Both the position numbers and the translations under genes were made by a program. The notes beneath the pieces were generated by a model. The model was not told the origin of the DNA and made no database searches. It saw only the letters and a program-made list of their open reading frames with translations. Source: Gemmatimonadales bacterium (GTDB lineage: Bacteria; Gemmatimonadota; Gemmatimonadetes; Gemmatimonadales; GWC2-71-9). From it: a stretch of 64,000 nucleotides of DNA. Of the stretch, positions 22,121 through 31,633 are shown piece after piece (the stretch's first letter is position 1; every line of letters begins with the position of its first letter). The stretch lies in assembly GCA_035602245.1 (NCBI GenBank), contig DATNMO010000020.1, positions 45,648 through 109,647 on the forward strand, in the 5' to 3' direction.

Positions 22121-23583
22121 AAGCCCAGTTCAAATTCCTCTCCGGCGCCCGGGCGGGGCAGATCGAGGCCTTCCGCAAGGGCTACATCGGCCTCGGCCGC
22201 CATCCGCTGTCCGACGTGCGGTTCGACGCCGAACGCGATCTCGACGTGTCCTCCCGGCACGCGGCCATCGTCCGCAAAGCCGAGGGATTCGTGCTGCAGG
22301 ACCTCGGCAGCCGCAACGGCACATTCGTCAACGGCCGGCGCATCAGCGGCGACACCGTGCTCACGGATGGGGACGTCATCGGCTTCGGAGCGAACGGCCC
22401 GGCGCTCGAGTTTCAGGCGATCGAGGTGGACATGGACACGCCGGCGACGGCGGCCGCCGAAGGGATGGCCCAGCGCGCCTCGACGCCGCGCGACGTCATT
22501 CGGGCGACCCCCCCGCCCGCCGCCGCGGCTTCCTCCCAGTTCCCCCAGGCGCCGGCCCGGCGCAGCACGGGGGTACGCATCGCGGTCGAGGTGGCACGCC
22601 AGACGGCGCAGCTACGCCACACCACCAAGATCCTGATCATCCTGCTGCTCATCGCCGGGACGGGCTTCACCTGGCTGCAGTGGGACGGTCGGCGGCGCGC
22701 GCGTAACCTGATCCATCTACAGGCGCGGGCCGACAGCCTGATGATCGAGGCGCGGGAGATATCCTCGCATTTCCGCTCCGAGCTGCAGGGGGTGCGGGAT
22801 GCGCTGGCCACCTCCCAGGCGGAGACCACGCGGCTGCGCCGCGAGCTGGCCAGCTCGGCCGGCGATGCGTCGTCGGTGTCGCGGCTGCGGACCGAGCTCG
22901 ATGTGGCGGAGCGCCGCCAGCGCGCGCTGGCCGGCGCCGTGGGGGGGGGAGGCGCGGACTACCGGGCCATCTCGCACAAGAACCAGGACGCCGTCGCCAT
23001 CATCCTCGTGGAGTACACCGATGGCGAGCGCTTCAGCGGCACGGGCTTCTCCGTGGACTCAAGCGGCACGATGGTCACCAACAAGCACATCCTGGCGGGT
23101 GAAGACGGCACCAAGACGCCGCGCCGCATTGGCGTGATCTTTTCGGGGAGCACGCAGACGTTTCGCGGCGACATGATCGGGGTGTCGCCCGACGCGGACG
23201 TAGGTGTCCTGCGCGTCGCCATCAAGGGCGGCACGCCGCGTGTCGCCGGGCTCGCGCGCACGCGCGAGGGCATCGAGCGCGGCGATCCCGTCGCCATCCT
23301 CGGCTATCCGCTCGGGTTCGACCTGCCGATGGAGGCCCAGGAGGGGCGTCCCATCGCCGAGCCCACGCTCACGGTCGGCATCGTGAGCAAGGCGCTGACG
23401 TCGGTCGTGCAGGTGGATGCGTATGGTGCGCCCGGCTCATCGGGCAGCCCGATCTTCGATCGTGAAGGGAAGGTCATCGCCGTGCTGTACGGCGGCGAGC
23501 GGGAGTCGCAGGGAAAGATCATCTTCGCCGTCCCTGCGTACATCGTCGCCGACTACTTGAAGAGTCTCAACCTGCTGCGGTAG
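22117..23583 (+). CDS. FHA - TM - coiled coil - trypsin-like serine protease
   Basis: GLGRHP..VSSRHA..DLGSRNGTFVNG; catalytic triad TNKH, DADV, GSSGSP. Confidence 0.9.
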   Translation: MKAQFKFLSGARAGQIEAFRKGYIGLGRHPLSDVRFDAERDLDVSSRHAAIVRKAEGFVLQDLGSRNGTFVNGRRISGDTVLTDGDVIGFGANGPALEFQAIEVDMDTPATAAAEGMAQRASTPRDVIRATPPPAAAASSQFPQAPARRSTGVRIAVEVARQTAQLRHTTKILIILLLIAGTGFTWLQWDGRRRARNLIHLQARADSLMIEAREISSHFRSELQGVRDALATSQAETTRLRRELASSAGDASSVSRLRTELDVAERRQRALAGAVGGGGADYRAISHKNQDAVAIILVEYTDGERFSGTGFSVDSSGTMVTNKHILAGEDGTKTPRRIGVIFSGSTQTFRGDMIGVSPDADVGVLRVAIKGGTPRVAGLARTREGIERGDPVAILGYPLGFDLPMEAQEGRPIAEPTLTVGIVSKALTSVVQVDAYGAPGSSGSPIFDREGKVIAVLYGGERESQGKIIFAVPAYIVADYLKSLNLLR

Positions 23584-24241
23584 CCGCGAGAATGTTGATG
23601 TCAGGATTCTCGAGCACGTGCTTCGAGTACCCGCCCGTCGCTACCTGGATCATGGCCCGACCAACGTTCTCCGTCGTCGTGACATGCCTCGGCAGCAGCC
23701 GCCTCAGTAATGGATAGAGCGGCCCGACTACGTTGTAGACCGCCTGGTAGAGGTTCGTCTTCGAGCGTACACCTTTGCGGGGCTGAATGAAACCCGGACG
23801 GAACATGTAGGCATGGAAGGGCATTCGCAGGAGATGATTTTCCGTCTTGCCTTTTATCCGGGCCCACAGGAAGCGTCCGCGCTCGGTACTGTCGGTCCCC
23901 TCGCCTGAGACATAGCAGAAGGTAAGTCTGGGGTTGAGGTCAGCCAGAGCCTCAGCAGCCGCCACGGTCAGGTCGTACGTCAAACGGTGATACGCAGCTT
24001 CCGTCATCCCGGCCACCGATGCCCCCAGGCAGAAAAAGCAGGCATCCTTGCCCTGCAGCTCGGCCTTGGCGTCGCTGTAATCGAAGAAATCAGAGCGGAT
24101 GAGCTCGCGGACCTTCGGATGGGCAACGCCGCATGGCGTCCGGCCCAGCACCAGTACCGATCGGACCCGCGGGTCCTCCAGGCACTCAATCAGAACCCCG
24201 GCCCCAACCATCCCCGTCGCTCCAAACACAATGACGTTCAC
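23567..24241 (-). CDS. NAD-dependent epimerase/dehydratase-like protein
   Basis: VIVFGATGMVG Rossmann motif; ARIKGKTENHL; FRPGFIQP. Confidence 0.85.
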   Translation of the reverse strand: MNVIVFGATGMVGAGVLIECLEDPRVRSVLVLGRTPCGVAHPKVRELIRSDFFDYSDAKAELQGKDACFFCLGASVAGMTEAAYHRLTYDLTVAAAEALADLNPRLTFCYVSGEGTDSTERGRFLWARIKGKTENHLLRMPFHAYMFRPGFIQPRKGVRSKTNLYQAVYNVVGPLYPLLRRLLPRHVTTTENVGRAMIQVATGGYSKHVLENPDINILAATAAG

Positions 24242-24261
24242 TTTGTGCCGGACCCTGCCGG

Positions 24262-24609
24262 TCAGGAAGCGTCCACGAACGGGTAGATCTCGTCAGCGAT
24301 CCAGTAGCAGGCGAGCAGAAGAGCGAAGAGCGTTCCGATCGTCCAGAGGATCCAGCGGCGGCGGCGCCACCTCGCTGCGGCGCCGGAGTGCTGGACCGGA
24401 ACGTCAATGAGATACGCCGCGCAGTAGCACAAGTTGGCAATCGCGGCGAGCGCGACAAGCTTGGGCACGACGTCCAGCCGAAACGCCGGTTGGAAGTGGG
24501 GCCACGTCAACACCACCCAGGCAGCGGCGAGGAGCGTGAGGGCGAGATTATACGCAATGCGCCGAGTCTCCCAGTAGCGCAAGGCGTCGCGTATGACCGG
24601 ATCAAGCAT
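24262..24609 (-). CDS. Hypothetical membrane protein (3 TM)
   Basis: GAGG RBS before ATG 24609; hydrophobic segments. Confidence 0.7.
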   Translation of the reverse strand: MLDPVIRDALRYWETRRIAYNLALTLLAAAWVVLTWPHFQPAFRLDVVPKLVALAAIANLCYCAAYLIDVPVQHSGAAARWRRRRWILWTIGTLFALLLACYWIADEIYPFVDAS

Positions 24610-24678
24610 TGTCGGATTCCTCAGATGCCATGATCGCTCCAGCGAGACCAAGCAGGAGAGCGGTGAACACTTGAAGGC

Positions 24679-25095
24679 TCATCGGGACGCACTCGTCAGC
24701 CGGGTGAGCACGGCAGCCGCGGCTAGCGCGACGACAAACGCGGGCAGCGCCGTGACCACTGGCCACAACGCGAGGGCGAAGGCGGGGAAATGTTGGTGCG
24801 TTCCCCGTGCATGCAGACTCGCTGCGACCGCGAGTCCGAAGGCCCCCAGGCCAACAGCCAACGATGTGTGTAATGCTGTTGTCCCCGGGGAGCTACGCAA
24901 CCGAACGTGTTCGTAACCGATGTGCGCCGCGAACGCGGCGGCGCTGATCACCCAAGCGGCTAGCCGCCAGGCAACTCGCCCTTGATCGGACGCGGCGGAT
25001 TTGGCGAGTGCCGCGAAGACGAGCCCGGCCACAAGGTACAGGACGCCCACGAGTAGCACAGCCCGGAACCACCGGAGGTGACCTGTCGCGTGCAT
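24679..25095 (-). CDS. Hypothetical membrane protein (4 TM)
   Basis: Four hydrophobic segments; co-oriented and closely packed with neighbours. Confidence 0.7.
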   Translation of the reverse strand: MHATGHLRWFRAVLLVGVLYLVAGLVFAALAKSAASDQGRVAWRLAAWVISAAAFAAHIGYEHVRLRSSPGTTALHTSLAVGLGAFGLAVAASLHARGTHQHFPAFALALWPVVTALPAFVVALAAAAVLTRLTSASR

Positions 25096-25107
25096 TGTGG
25101 TCTGAAT

Positions 25108-25569
25108 CTAGGCCGCGCCTGCGCGCAATCCCACGCAACTCGAGTTCGCAAGCGTCACATGCACCGGCGGTACCCCATGACGAAGCGGCGTTACGCCGTC
25201 CCCGCTGTAGCCGTCCGGCGTCGGACGCAGCGCCACCTCCAGCGTGCCGGTTGAGCCCAGGAAGGTCAGTACGAGCTCACGTCCCTCGACACGCCACGAT
25301 GCCCACTCCGGGTTCGGACCAACGCCCTGCCACGTCGCTTGTACGACGATTCGGCGACCACGTGGCCCGACCGGTGTAGCGTCTAACGCCACGTACGGCG
25401 GCAGGCCGCGCAGACCAGTGGCAGCAGTCACCCCCCCCTGCCAGCCGGTCGCGAAGAGAGCGTAGCACCCGGTGTTTGTGGCGACTAACGCCGGACGAGG
25501 CGCCGCCGCGCACGCTGCGGTGGCAGCCACCAGTGCGAGTGCAGAAAGGAATCGGGGAGAACCTGTCAT
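25108..25569 (-). CDS. Hypothetical lipoprotein
   Basis: Lipobox ATAAC; GGAGG RBS. Confidence 0.65.
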   Translation of the reverse strand: MTGSPRFLSALALVAATAACAAAPRPALVATNTGCYALFATGWQGGVTAATGLRGLPPYVALDATPVGPRGRRIVVQATWQGVGPNPEWASWRVEGRELVLTFLGSTGTLEVALRPTPDGYSGDGVTPLRHGVPPVHVTLANSSCVGLRAGAA

Positions 25570-25699
25570 GGCACACCTCCTGTGTGGCGCTTACGGTTGA
25601 GAAGTAAGGCCGTCACGCTCGCTGATCGTCGCTAATTGAAGCACGAGAAACCGACCGGTCAGAGCGTTCGATCGTTGCCAGGCATTAAAATGAAACGTT

Positions 25700-28246
25700 T
25701 TGACGAGCACAAGTCCCCAATTCGCCCCTCACCCACGTTATAATCAGCACGCAGCCGCTGCCACGCCAATTGTACCAGGAGATCTACTGACCGTACTGGC
25801 CCGCTCCGTCGCGCTCGCAACACTGATGGTCCTCGCGGCCTCCTCCCCGACCGCGGGCCAGGGCACTCCCGCCAGCGGCGAAATCCGGGGCCGTGTGGTG
25901 GACGCCGCTAGCAAGACGCCGATCGGCATGGCCACGGTGTTCGTCACGGACTCCGGCGCGGCAGCTGCGGCGGCCAAGACATCCACGGACGTCGACGGCG
26001 GCTTCCGTGTCGAGGGCCTCCGGCCGGGGCGCTATCGCGTGCGCGTCGTGGCGATCGGCTTCACCCCGCGGCAGCTTGCGCCGATTGAGATCGGTTCATC
26101 ATCGCCAAGCATCGACGCGGGGACGGTAACGCTCACGGCCGCGCCGCTCCAGTTGCAGCCAAAGGTAGTGACAGGGCAGCAGCAGGACGTGCAGCTCGCC
26201 CCGGACCGCAACACCTATGTCGTCCGCGACATGCCGACAACCCGCGGCGGAACGGCACTCGACGTGCTGCGCAACGTCCCGGCCGTCGACGTGGATATCG
26301 ACAACGTGGTGAGCCTGCGCGGCAACTCCGGTGTGGTTGTGCAGATCAACGGCCGCCCCAGTCCGCTGAAGCCGGCGCAGCTCGGCAACTTCCTAGCGCA
26401 GCTGCCCGCGGACATGGTGGACAAGGTGGAAGTGATTCCCAACCCGTCCGCGCGTGACAACCCGGAAGGCGTCGCGGGGATCATCAACATCATGCTGAAG
26501 CAGAACGCCGACGAAGGGACGAGCGGCGGACTCACGCTCGGCGGGGGGACCACTGGCCACGGGGACATCGGCGGCAACCTCGGCTACCAGCGCGGGCCGC
26601 TGTCGTTGTACGGCAGCTATGGCTTCCTGCGTGACAACCGGCCGCGACGCGACACGATCTATCGCGAGAACAGGTATGTCGCCCCGCGGACATACCTGGA
26701 GGAGGAAGGGACTCGCGCGCAGGTGCCGCTGGCGCACACGCTGACAGGCAGCGCGGGCTACGAGCTCGGGGATCACGACGAGCTCTCGGCCGACATGGCG
26801 TACAGTACTCGCACCGAGGCGGAGTCCTACGGCCTCTTGTACCGCGATCTGGACTCGGCGCGCCGTGTCACGGGACTGAGCGACCGGTTCACGCGCGGCA
26901 CGAACCATGAGTTCAACCTCGAGACGACGGTCGGGTACAAGCACGCCTTCGCCCACAAGGGCCACAAGCTGTCGAGCGAGCTGCGCGTCTTCCGGGCGCG
27001 GGAAGGCGGGCCGACCCGCATCGTCGCGCGCACGCTGGCGCTCGACGGAACGCCGAGCGACACGTCGGCCCTCGAGAGCCAGACGGGATGGGAGCACCCC
27101 GATGAAAACTCACTGAAAGTGGATTACGTCCGGCCGCTCTCGAGTCTGCTGCGGCTCGAAACCGGGTATCGCGGATCGCTGCAGCAGTTTCACACGACGC
27201 TGGGGACGCAGGTCTTCGACACGGCGCGGGGCACGTACGTGCCCGACTCTTCCCGCATCAGCGATTTCACCTACGACCAGCGCGTCCACGCCGCATACGG
27301 CATGCTCGTTGCGCAGCGCGGCAAATTCCTGCTGCAAGGCGGCGTCCGCGCCGAGCGCGCCACGACGCGGTTTCGCCTGACAACGAGCAACGCGACGTAC
27401 GACAACCCGTACAACAGCGTGTTCCCGAGCGCCCTCATCGCCTACAACATCGATGCCTCGCACCAGGTGAAGCTGAGCTACTCGACGCGTATCCGGCGCC
27501 CCGACGACACGGATCTACTCGACCCGACGCCGCACTATCTGGATCCGCTCAACATTTCCCGCGGCAACCCCTATCTGAAGCCGGAGTACATCCGCGCGCT
27601 CGAGCTGGGACTGCAGCGCACGACGGGGGGGGGCCGGATGACGATCCAGGTCACGCCGTTCTACCGGCACACGCTCGATGCCGTCCGCACGCTCCGGACC
27701 CTCGACAGCGCGGGCGTCATGACTAGGACGTTCGCGAATGTCGCCACCAGCGACGCCTACGGCACCGACGCCACCGTCGCCTTGAGTGGCGGACGGCTGC
27801 GTGGGTTCGTGAGCGCGAGCGGCTTCCGGCAGGTCAGCAACGCGGCCAATTTGGGCCCGGGGCTCTCTGCCAAGACCTTCGGCTGGACGGCCCGGACGAA
27901 CGCGTCGTTCCGCGTCTCGAGTACCCTCGATCTGCAGACGCTGCTGTCCTATCAGGCGCCGATGACCGTCGAGCAGGGCCGGGTCGCCAGCCGGATGCGG
28001 CTCACCGTCGCCGCACGCCGGAAGCTCATGAACGACCAGATGAGCGTGACGCTGCGCGTGATCGACCCGTTCAACACCTCTCGCGAGAGCTCCACGACGA
28101 TTGATCCGCGGTTCTACCAGGTCTCGGACCGGCGGCGCGCGATCCGTGGGCTGGTGCTCAGCGTCAACTGGAGATTCGGCAAGCCGCAGGAGGAGCATGG
28201 GCGCGATCCGAATGACTTGGGCGGAGAGGTGGGCGGCCCGCCGTAA
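25700..28246 (+). CDS. TonB-dependent receptor (carboxypeptidase-regulatory-like N-domain, plug, barrel)
   Basis: IRGRVVDA..GRYRVRVVAIGF; DVLRNVPAVDVD; KVEVIPNPSAR; RGNPYLKPE; LSVNWRFG. Start uncertain. Confidence 0.9.
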   Translation: MTSTSPQFAPHPRYNQHAAAATPIVPGDLLTVLARSVALATLMVLAASSPTAGQGTPASGEIRGRVVDAASKTPIGMATVFVTDSGAAAAAAKTSTDVDGGFRVEGLRPGRYRVRVVAIGFTPRQLAPIEIGSSSPSIDAGTVTLTAAPLQLQPKVVTGQQQDVQLAPDRNTYVVRDMPTTRGGTALDVLRNVPAVDVDIDNVVSLRGNSGVVVQINGRPSPLKPAQLGNFLAQLPADMVDKVEVIPNPSARDNPEGVAGIINIMLKQNADEGTSGGLTLGGGTTGHGDIGGNLGYQRGPLSLYGSYGFLRDNRPRRDTIYRENRYVAPRTYLEEEGTRAQVPLAHTLTGSAGYELGDHDELSADMAYSTRTEAESYGLLYRDLDSARRVTGLSDRFTRGTNHEFNLETTVGYKHAFAHKGHKLSSELRVFRAREGGPTRIVARTLALDGTPSDTSALESQTGWEHPDENSLKVDYVRPLSSLLRLETGYRGSLQQFHTTLGTQVFDTARGTYVPDSSRISDFTYDQRVHAAYGMLVAQRGKFLLQGGVRAERATTRFRLTTSNATYDNPYNSVFPSALIAYNIDASHQVKLSYSTRIRRPDDTDLLDPTPHYLDPLNISRGNPYLKPEYIRALELGLQRTTGGGRMTIQVTPFYRHTLDAVRTLRTLDSAGVMTRTFANVATSDAYGTDATVALSGGRLRGFVSASGFRQVSNAANLGPGLSAKTFGWTARTNASFRVSSTLDLQTLLSYQAPMTVEQGRVASRMRLTVAARRKLMNDQMSVTLRVIDPFNTSRESSTTIDPRFYQVSDRRRAIRGLVLSVNWRFGKPQEEHGRDPNDLGGEVGGPP

Positions 28247-28287
28247 ACTGCCTTAGGGCTGGCGGTCGTAAATAATCATCTTGATAG

Positions 28288-28689
28288 TTACGCGGATTCG
28301 CGCTCGGAGACGAACCCGGCCGCGCGGAACGCCACCAAGCCCCGGACCGTGACCTGTTCAAGCTCTCGAAACAGGGCCTCGTCGCTCGTCGTGAAGTTGA
28401 AGCACGTCTTGCCCTGCATACGAGCCTGCAATTGCTTGGACATGGTCCCGCGTACGTTAGGGTGGCCCACGCCCATGAGGTGATAGCTCACGTACGCCTT
28501 GCGAATCTCGACCCAGGCAACGGGTATCCGTTGCCGCCTCACTTCCCCGCCCCAAGCCCGCAGCGTCGCCGGGCCAGGACTTGCCTCGAGACCATAGTGA
28601 TCAGAGTCCGCCGAGACGAGAAAATCGGGGGCCAGCTTCCTCAAGATTGCCCTTAGCTCCCTAAAGATCGGTTGGAGCTCTGATGACAC
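28288..28689 (-). CDS. Cassette gene: DUF1801/YdhG-like protein
   Basis: KAYVSYHLM..ARMQGKTCFNF; GTG 9 nt after the GTTAGGC core; stop codon lies within inverse core GCGTAAC. Confidence 0.65.
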   Translation of the reverse strand: MSSELQPIFRELRAILRKLAPDFLVSADSDHYGLEASPGPATLRAWGGEVRRQRIPVAWVEIRKAYVSYHLMGVGHPNVRGTMSKQLQARMQGKTCFNFTTSDEALFRELEQVTVRGLVAFRAAGFVSERESA

Positions 28690-28699
28690 CCGAATCCGC

Positions 28700-29023
28700 C
28701 TAACGGGCAGATACCTCCACATTGGCATCTACCTGTCCGTAATCGATGAACTCGACCGGCGCCAGGCATTCCGGATAGAGGATCGACGCAAACTTCTTCA
28801 CCGCAGCGGACTCGGAATGCGCCCGATCCGCGGCGGCATCGCGAAAGACAAAGATGTGAACGAATCGCGTTGGGTGCGCCAGTTCCTGCCAGACTTCATA
28901 GCGCAGTGTGCCGGACTCATTGGCGCGCACGTAGGCCACGAACTCATGAATGGCCGCCAGACATCGATCCAGCGCTTGGGGACGGACTTCGTATCGAGCC
29001 AGCTGTCTAATCTGCGGACGCAT
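28700..29023 (-). CDS. Cassette gene: antibiotic biosynthesis monooxygenase (ABM)-like protein
   Basis: ANESGTLRYEVWQ..FVHIFVFRDAAADRAHSES; TAG stop lies inside the next core site; start uncertain. Confidence 0.75.
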   Translation of the reverse strand: MRPQIRQLARYEVRPQALDRCLAAIHEFVAYVRANESGTLRYEVWQELAHPTRFVHIFVFRDAAADRAHSESAAVKKFASILYPECLAPVEFIDYGQVDANVEVSAR

Positions 29024-29092
29024 GCTGCTGTTCTTCGCCATGTGCGGGCTCCGTAATCTGCGCGCGCCGCCAGCTTCAGGCGCGTGTTAGGC
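29005..29092 (-). mobile_element. Degenerate attC site (right arm deleted)
   Basis: Minus strand GCCTAAC-ACGCGCCTGAAGCTGGCGGCGCGCG...CCGCAG-ATTAGAC; left arm nearly identical to the complete attCs. Confidence 0.75.
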
Positions 29093-29101
29093 GGCGAGCG
29101 G

Positions 29102-29311
29102 CTAGTAGTGCAGGCGCAAGACAGTCGGTGGACCAGCGCGTGTCGGAAAGATTGCAAAGAGGTCGTCATGCGCCCGAGGACCAATCGTGACCTCCTGTTC
29201 GGCTCCCAACGCTTTGAGGATCATGGGCACGGTGTTCCCGTGACCCACAATGACGACGACGTCCTTCTGATCGAGGTCACGCAAGCGGGTGATAGTGGCC
29301 CATCGATTCAT
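29102..29311 (-). pseudogene. C-terminal remnant of a histidine phosphatase (phosphoglycerate mutase family) cassette gene
   Basis: VVVIVGHGNTVPMILKALG..DDLF..PTVLRLHY is the C-terminal half; the RHG-containing N-half is absent. Confidence 0.65.
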
Positions 29312-29334
29312 AAAACCTTTGCCCGATCGCTCAC

Positions 29335-30663
29335 TCAGTTCATCGTCGCCCGCGGGAGCGGGAAGCGCACGCGCAGGGTGGTGCCGGCCCCCGGCGCCGA
29401 CTCGATGTCGAGGCGGCCGCCGGCGAATTCAGCGCGCTCGCCCATGCCCACCAGCCCCAGACCGGTGCGCAGCCGCTCGACGCTGAAGCCAACTCCGTCA
29501 TCCCTGACCGTGACGTCGAGGGCAACGTCCTGCGCCGTCAGCGTCACTTCGACTTGGCGAGCGCGCGCGTGCCGGGCGACGTTGCTCAGGGCCTCCTGCA
29601 CGATGCGGAAGCAGGCGGTCTCGATCTCGACCGGTGCCCGCGCGTCGCGCGGCGTGGCCGTGAAACGCGCACGCACGCCGGCGCGCTCACCGTGGCGCGC
29701 CACCAGGTTCCGCAGCGCCTCGACCAGGCCGAACTCGTCGAGCAGCGACGGGCGGAGCTCAAAGGCAAGCGTTTGCACCTGTTTGAGCATCTTCTTGATG
29801 ATCCGCATGCTCTCAGGCACGCGCGCGCGCGAGGCGGGCGAGAGCTCGCCCTTGATCGCCTCGAGGTTCAGCGTGATCGCGACCAGCGACTGCCCGAGCT
29901 GGTCATGCAGCTCGCGGGCGAGCACGCTGCGCTCGTGCTCCTGTTGCTCCAGGAGACGGCGCGACAGCGCGCGGTAGCGCTCCTGCGACGCTCGCAGGCT
30001 GTCCTGCGACTGCTGCAGCTGCTCGAGGTTCGTCATCATCCAGTCGACTTCGTGCAGCGGCCAATCGGGCGAGAGGTACTGCTCGGGCGCTACGTAGTAC
30101 GGATTGCGGCAGATCCGATCCCCGATGACCACGAGCGGGTGCACGATGATCATCTCGCGCAGCGTGTCGGGCGTGAACCGCCGCACATCGAATTGACATA
30201 GACCGGCGCAGGCGTGACGTTCCCAGACCCGGTTGAGGTTGAGCCGCGCCTCGAACTCGGCAAGCGCCTTCAGGTCGCCGTTCAGCGTCCAGGTCATCTC
30301 CCCGACAATCCGGAAGCCGGCATGGCCGGCGGTGCGGGACCCGTTGGCATACTGCTCAATCTTCCCCAGCATGTCCTGCGTCTGGAGGCCCTGCGCGAGC
30401 GGCTTCTCGAAGATCTCCAGTCGGCCCTCGCGCATCGCTGCGTCGACGTCGACGCCCTCGGACGCGAGCGCAGCGAGAATGCTCGCCCCGCCGTCGTCGA
30501 CAACACAGACACACAGCTCGCCGCGATCGAGGCCGGCGCGGATATACGAGACGGCGATCGCCACCTCCTCTTCGCGCTGGTCGTACAACGTGCAGACGTG
30601 ATCAGCCGGACCGAGCTGCGCTATTGCTGCGCGAACTTGTTGGAAGCGACTATCGGCATGCAT
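29335..30663 (-). CDS. MEDS-domain sensor histidine kinase (HisKA_3 + HATPase), orphan
   Basis: DHVCTLY, RIVGEMTW, LCQFD; ARELHDQLGQ, QEALSNVARHA, VRDDGVGF, GLGLVGM; GGAGG RBS. Confidence 0.9.
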   Translation of the reverse strand: MHADSRFQQVRAAIAQLGPADHVCTLYDQREEEVAIAVSYIRAGLDRGELCVCVVDDGGASILAALASEGVDVDAAMREGRLEIFEKPLAQGLQTQDMLGKIEQYANGSRTAGHAGFRIVGEMTWTLNGDLKALAEFEARLNLNRVWERHACAGLCQFDVRRFTPDTLREMIIVHPLVVIGDRICRNPYYVAPEQYLSPDWPLHEVDWMMTNLEQLQQSQDSLRASQERYRALSRRLLEQQEHERSVLARELHDQLGQSLVAITLNLEAIKGELSPASRARVPESMRIIKKMLKQVQTLAFELRPSLLDEFGLVEALRNLVARHGERAGVRARFTATPRDARAPVEIETACFRIVQEALSNVARHARARQVEVTLTAQDVALDVTVRDDGVGFSVERLRTGLGLVGMGERAEFAGGRLDIESAPGAGTTLRVRFPLPRATMN

Positions 30664-30727
30664 GGTGTCCTCCCACAATCGACTATTGAAACACTATCAC
30701 GCCTGCACCGGTCCCGTTGAGACGAGT

Positions 30728-30747
30728 GCTTCAGGCGCGTGTCAGAC
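30728..30747 (-). mobile_element. attC stub (left arm only)
   Basis: Minus strand GTCTGAC-ACGCGCCTGAAGC, 7 nt after the TfoX stop, then unrelated sequence. Confidence 0.65.
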
Positions 30748-30754
30748 GGCGCGG

Positions 30755-31084
30755 TCACTTGGCTGGCAATGAAGAAGCGTACTTCGCGGCCACCTGGACC
30801 CATGTCCCGAGCTTCGCATCGGTCTTCAATCCCGCAGGCTCGACCAGGATCCAACCCTTCATCGGCCGCCCGGTAAGGTCGAAGCGTCTGGTGTGGGGCT
30901 GCGACAGCGCCGCATCCGTCGCTTCCGGAGCAAGACGCACGATAAGGTCGGACTTATGCACGCCCACGCACATGTTGCCATTAAGGAGGAAGGCGACGCC
31001 ACCGAACATCCTCTTCTCAACGAGACCTTTGCGCCGGCCCAGCGTGGCGCGAATTCGATCGGCTAACCGTTCGTCAAAGGCCAC
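30755..31084 (-). CDS. Cassette gene: TfoX N-terminal domain protein
   Basis: MAFDERLADRIR..EKRMFGGVAFLLNGNM..GRPMKGW. Confidence 0.9.
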   Translation of the reverse strand: MAFDERLADRIRATLGRRKGLVEKRMFGGVAFLLNGNMCVGVHKSDLIVRLAPEATDAALSQPHTRRFDLTGRPMKGWILVEPAGLKTDAKLGTWVQVAAKYASSLPAK

Positions 31085-31090
31085 GCCGCC

Positions 31091-31504
31091 TCACTGGATG
31101 GACGCGACGTAAGCGCCGGGTAGGCCTACACGCTGCGCCAGGGCGCGAAGCTTAGAGGCATATTCGGCGTTCCGTTCATCTGGCGACGGGGGCTCCGGGA
31201 GATTGAAGCAGAGGGCGGCTACGGTGCCCCCGTTGTGAACAACGGCGAGTACGGGCTCAGGCCGATACGCCCGCACGCTGGGCTCAGCGTACAGCTTCTC
31301 AATGTCAGCGTGTGACAGCTTCATTAACAGACCGTGCACTTCCCCTGCCGGAGTGGGAACGAGCGCGGCCCGCGCTCCGATGCGCAGGGTGAATCCAGGA
31401 ACGGCAGCGGGCCGAATATCAGTAAACCGGACGCCTTTGCCTTCCAGCAATTGCTGATCCATGAATAGCCCGTAGAAAAAGACGTCGAGGCGTCGTTGGT
31501 CCAC
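31091..31504 (-). CDS. Cassette gene: gamma-glutamylcyclotransferase-like protein
   Basis: VFFYGLFMD N-terminal motif, GEVHGLLM. Confidence 0.75.
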   Translation of the reverse strand: MDQRRLDVFFYGLFMDQQLLEGKGVRFTDIRPAAVPGFTLRIGARAALVPTPAGEVHGLLMKLSHADIEKLYAEPSVRAYRPEPVLAVVHNGGTVAALCFNLPEPPSPDERNAEYASKLRALAQRVGLPGAYVASIQ

Positions 31505-31511
31505 CTTGTCC

Positions 31512-31588
31512 TCAGATGCGCCTAAGCCGTGGCGCGCTGATTCATTCCTTAATCTACGCGCGCCGCCAGCTTCAGGCGCGTGTTCGGC
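31512..31588 (-). mobile_element. Degenerate attC site (variant R'' GCCGAAC; R' lost)
   Basis: Minus strand GCCGAAC-ACGCGCCTGAAGCTGGCGGCGCGCGTAGATTAAGGAATGAATC..GCTTAGGCGCA, then diverges. Confidence 0.8.
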
Positions 31589-31633
31589 AGCCCCGCGCCA
31601 TGCGATCCAACCGCTATCACGACAGCAACGCCG

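Noticed and set aside
28262-28290. Fur-box-like AATAATCATCTTGATA
   Set aside because: Weak match, located between two convergent 3' ends where no promoter is expected.
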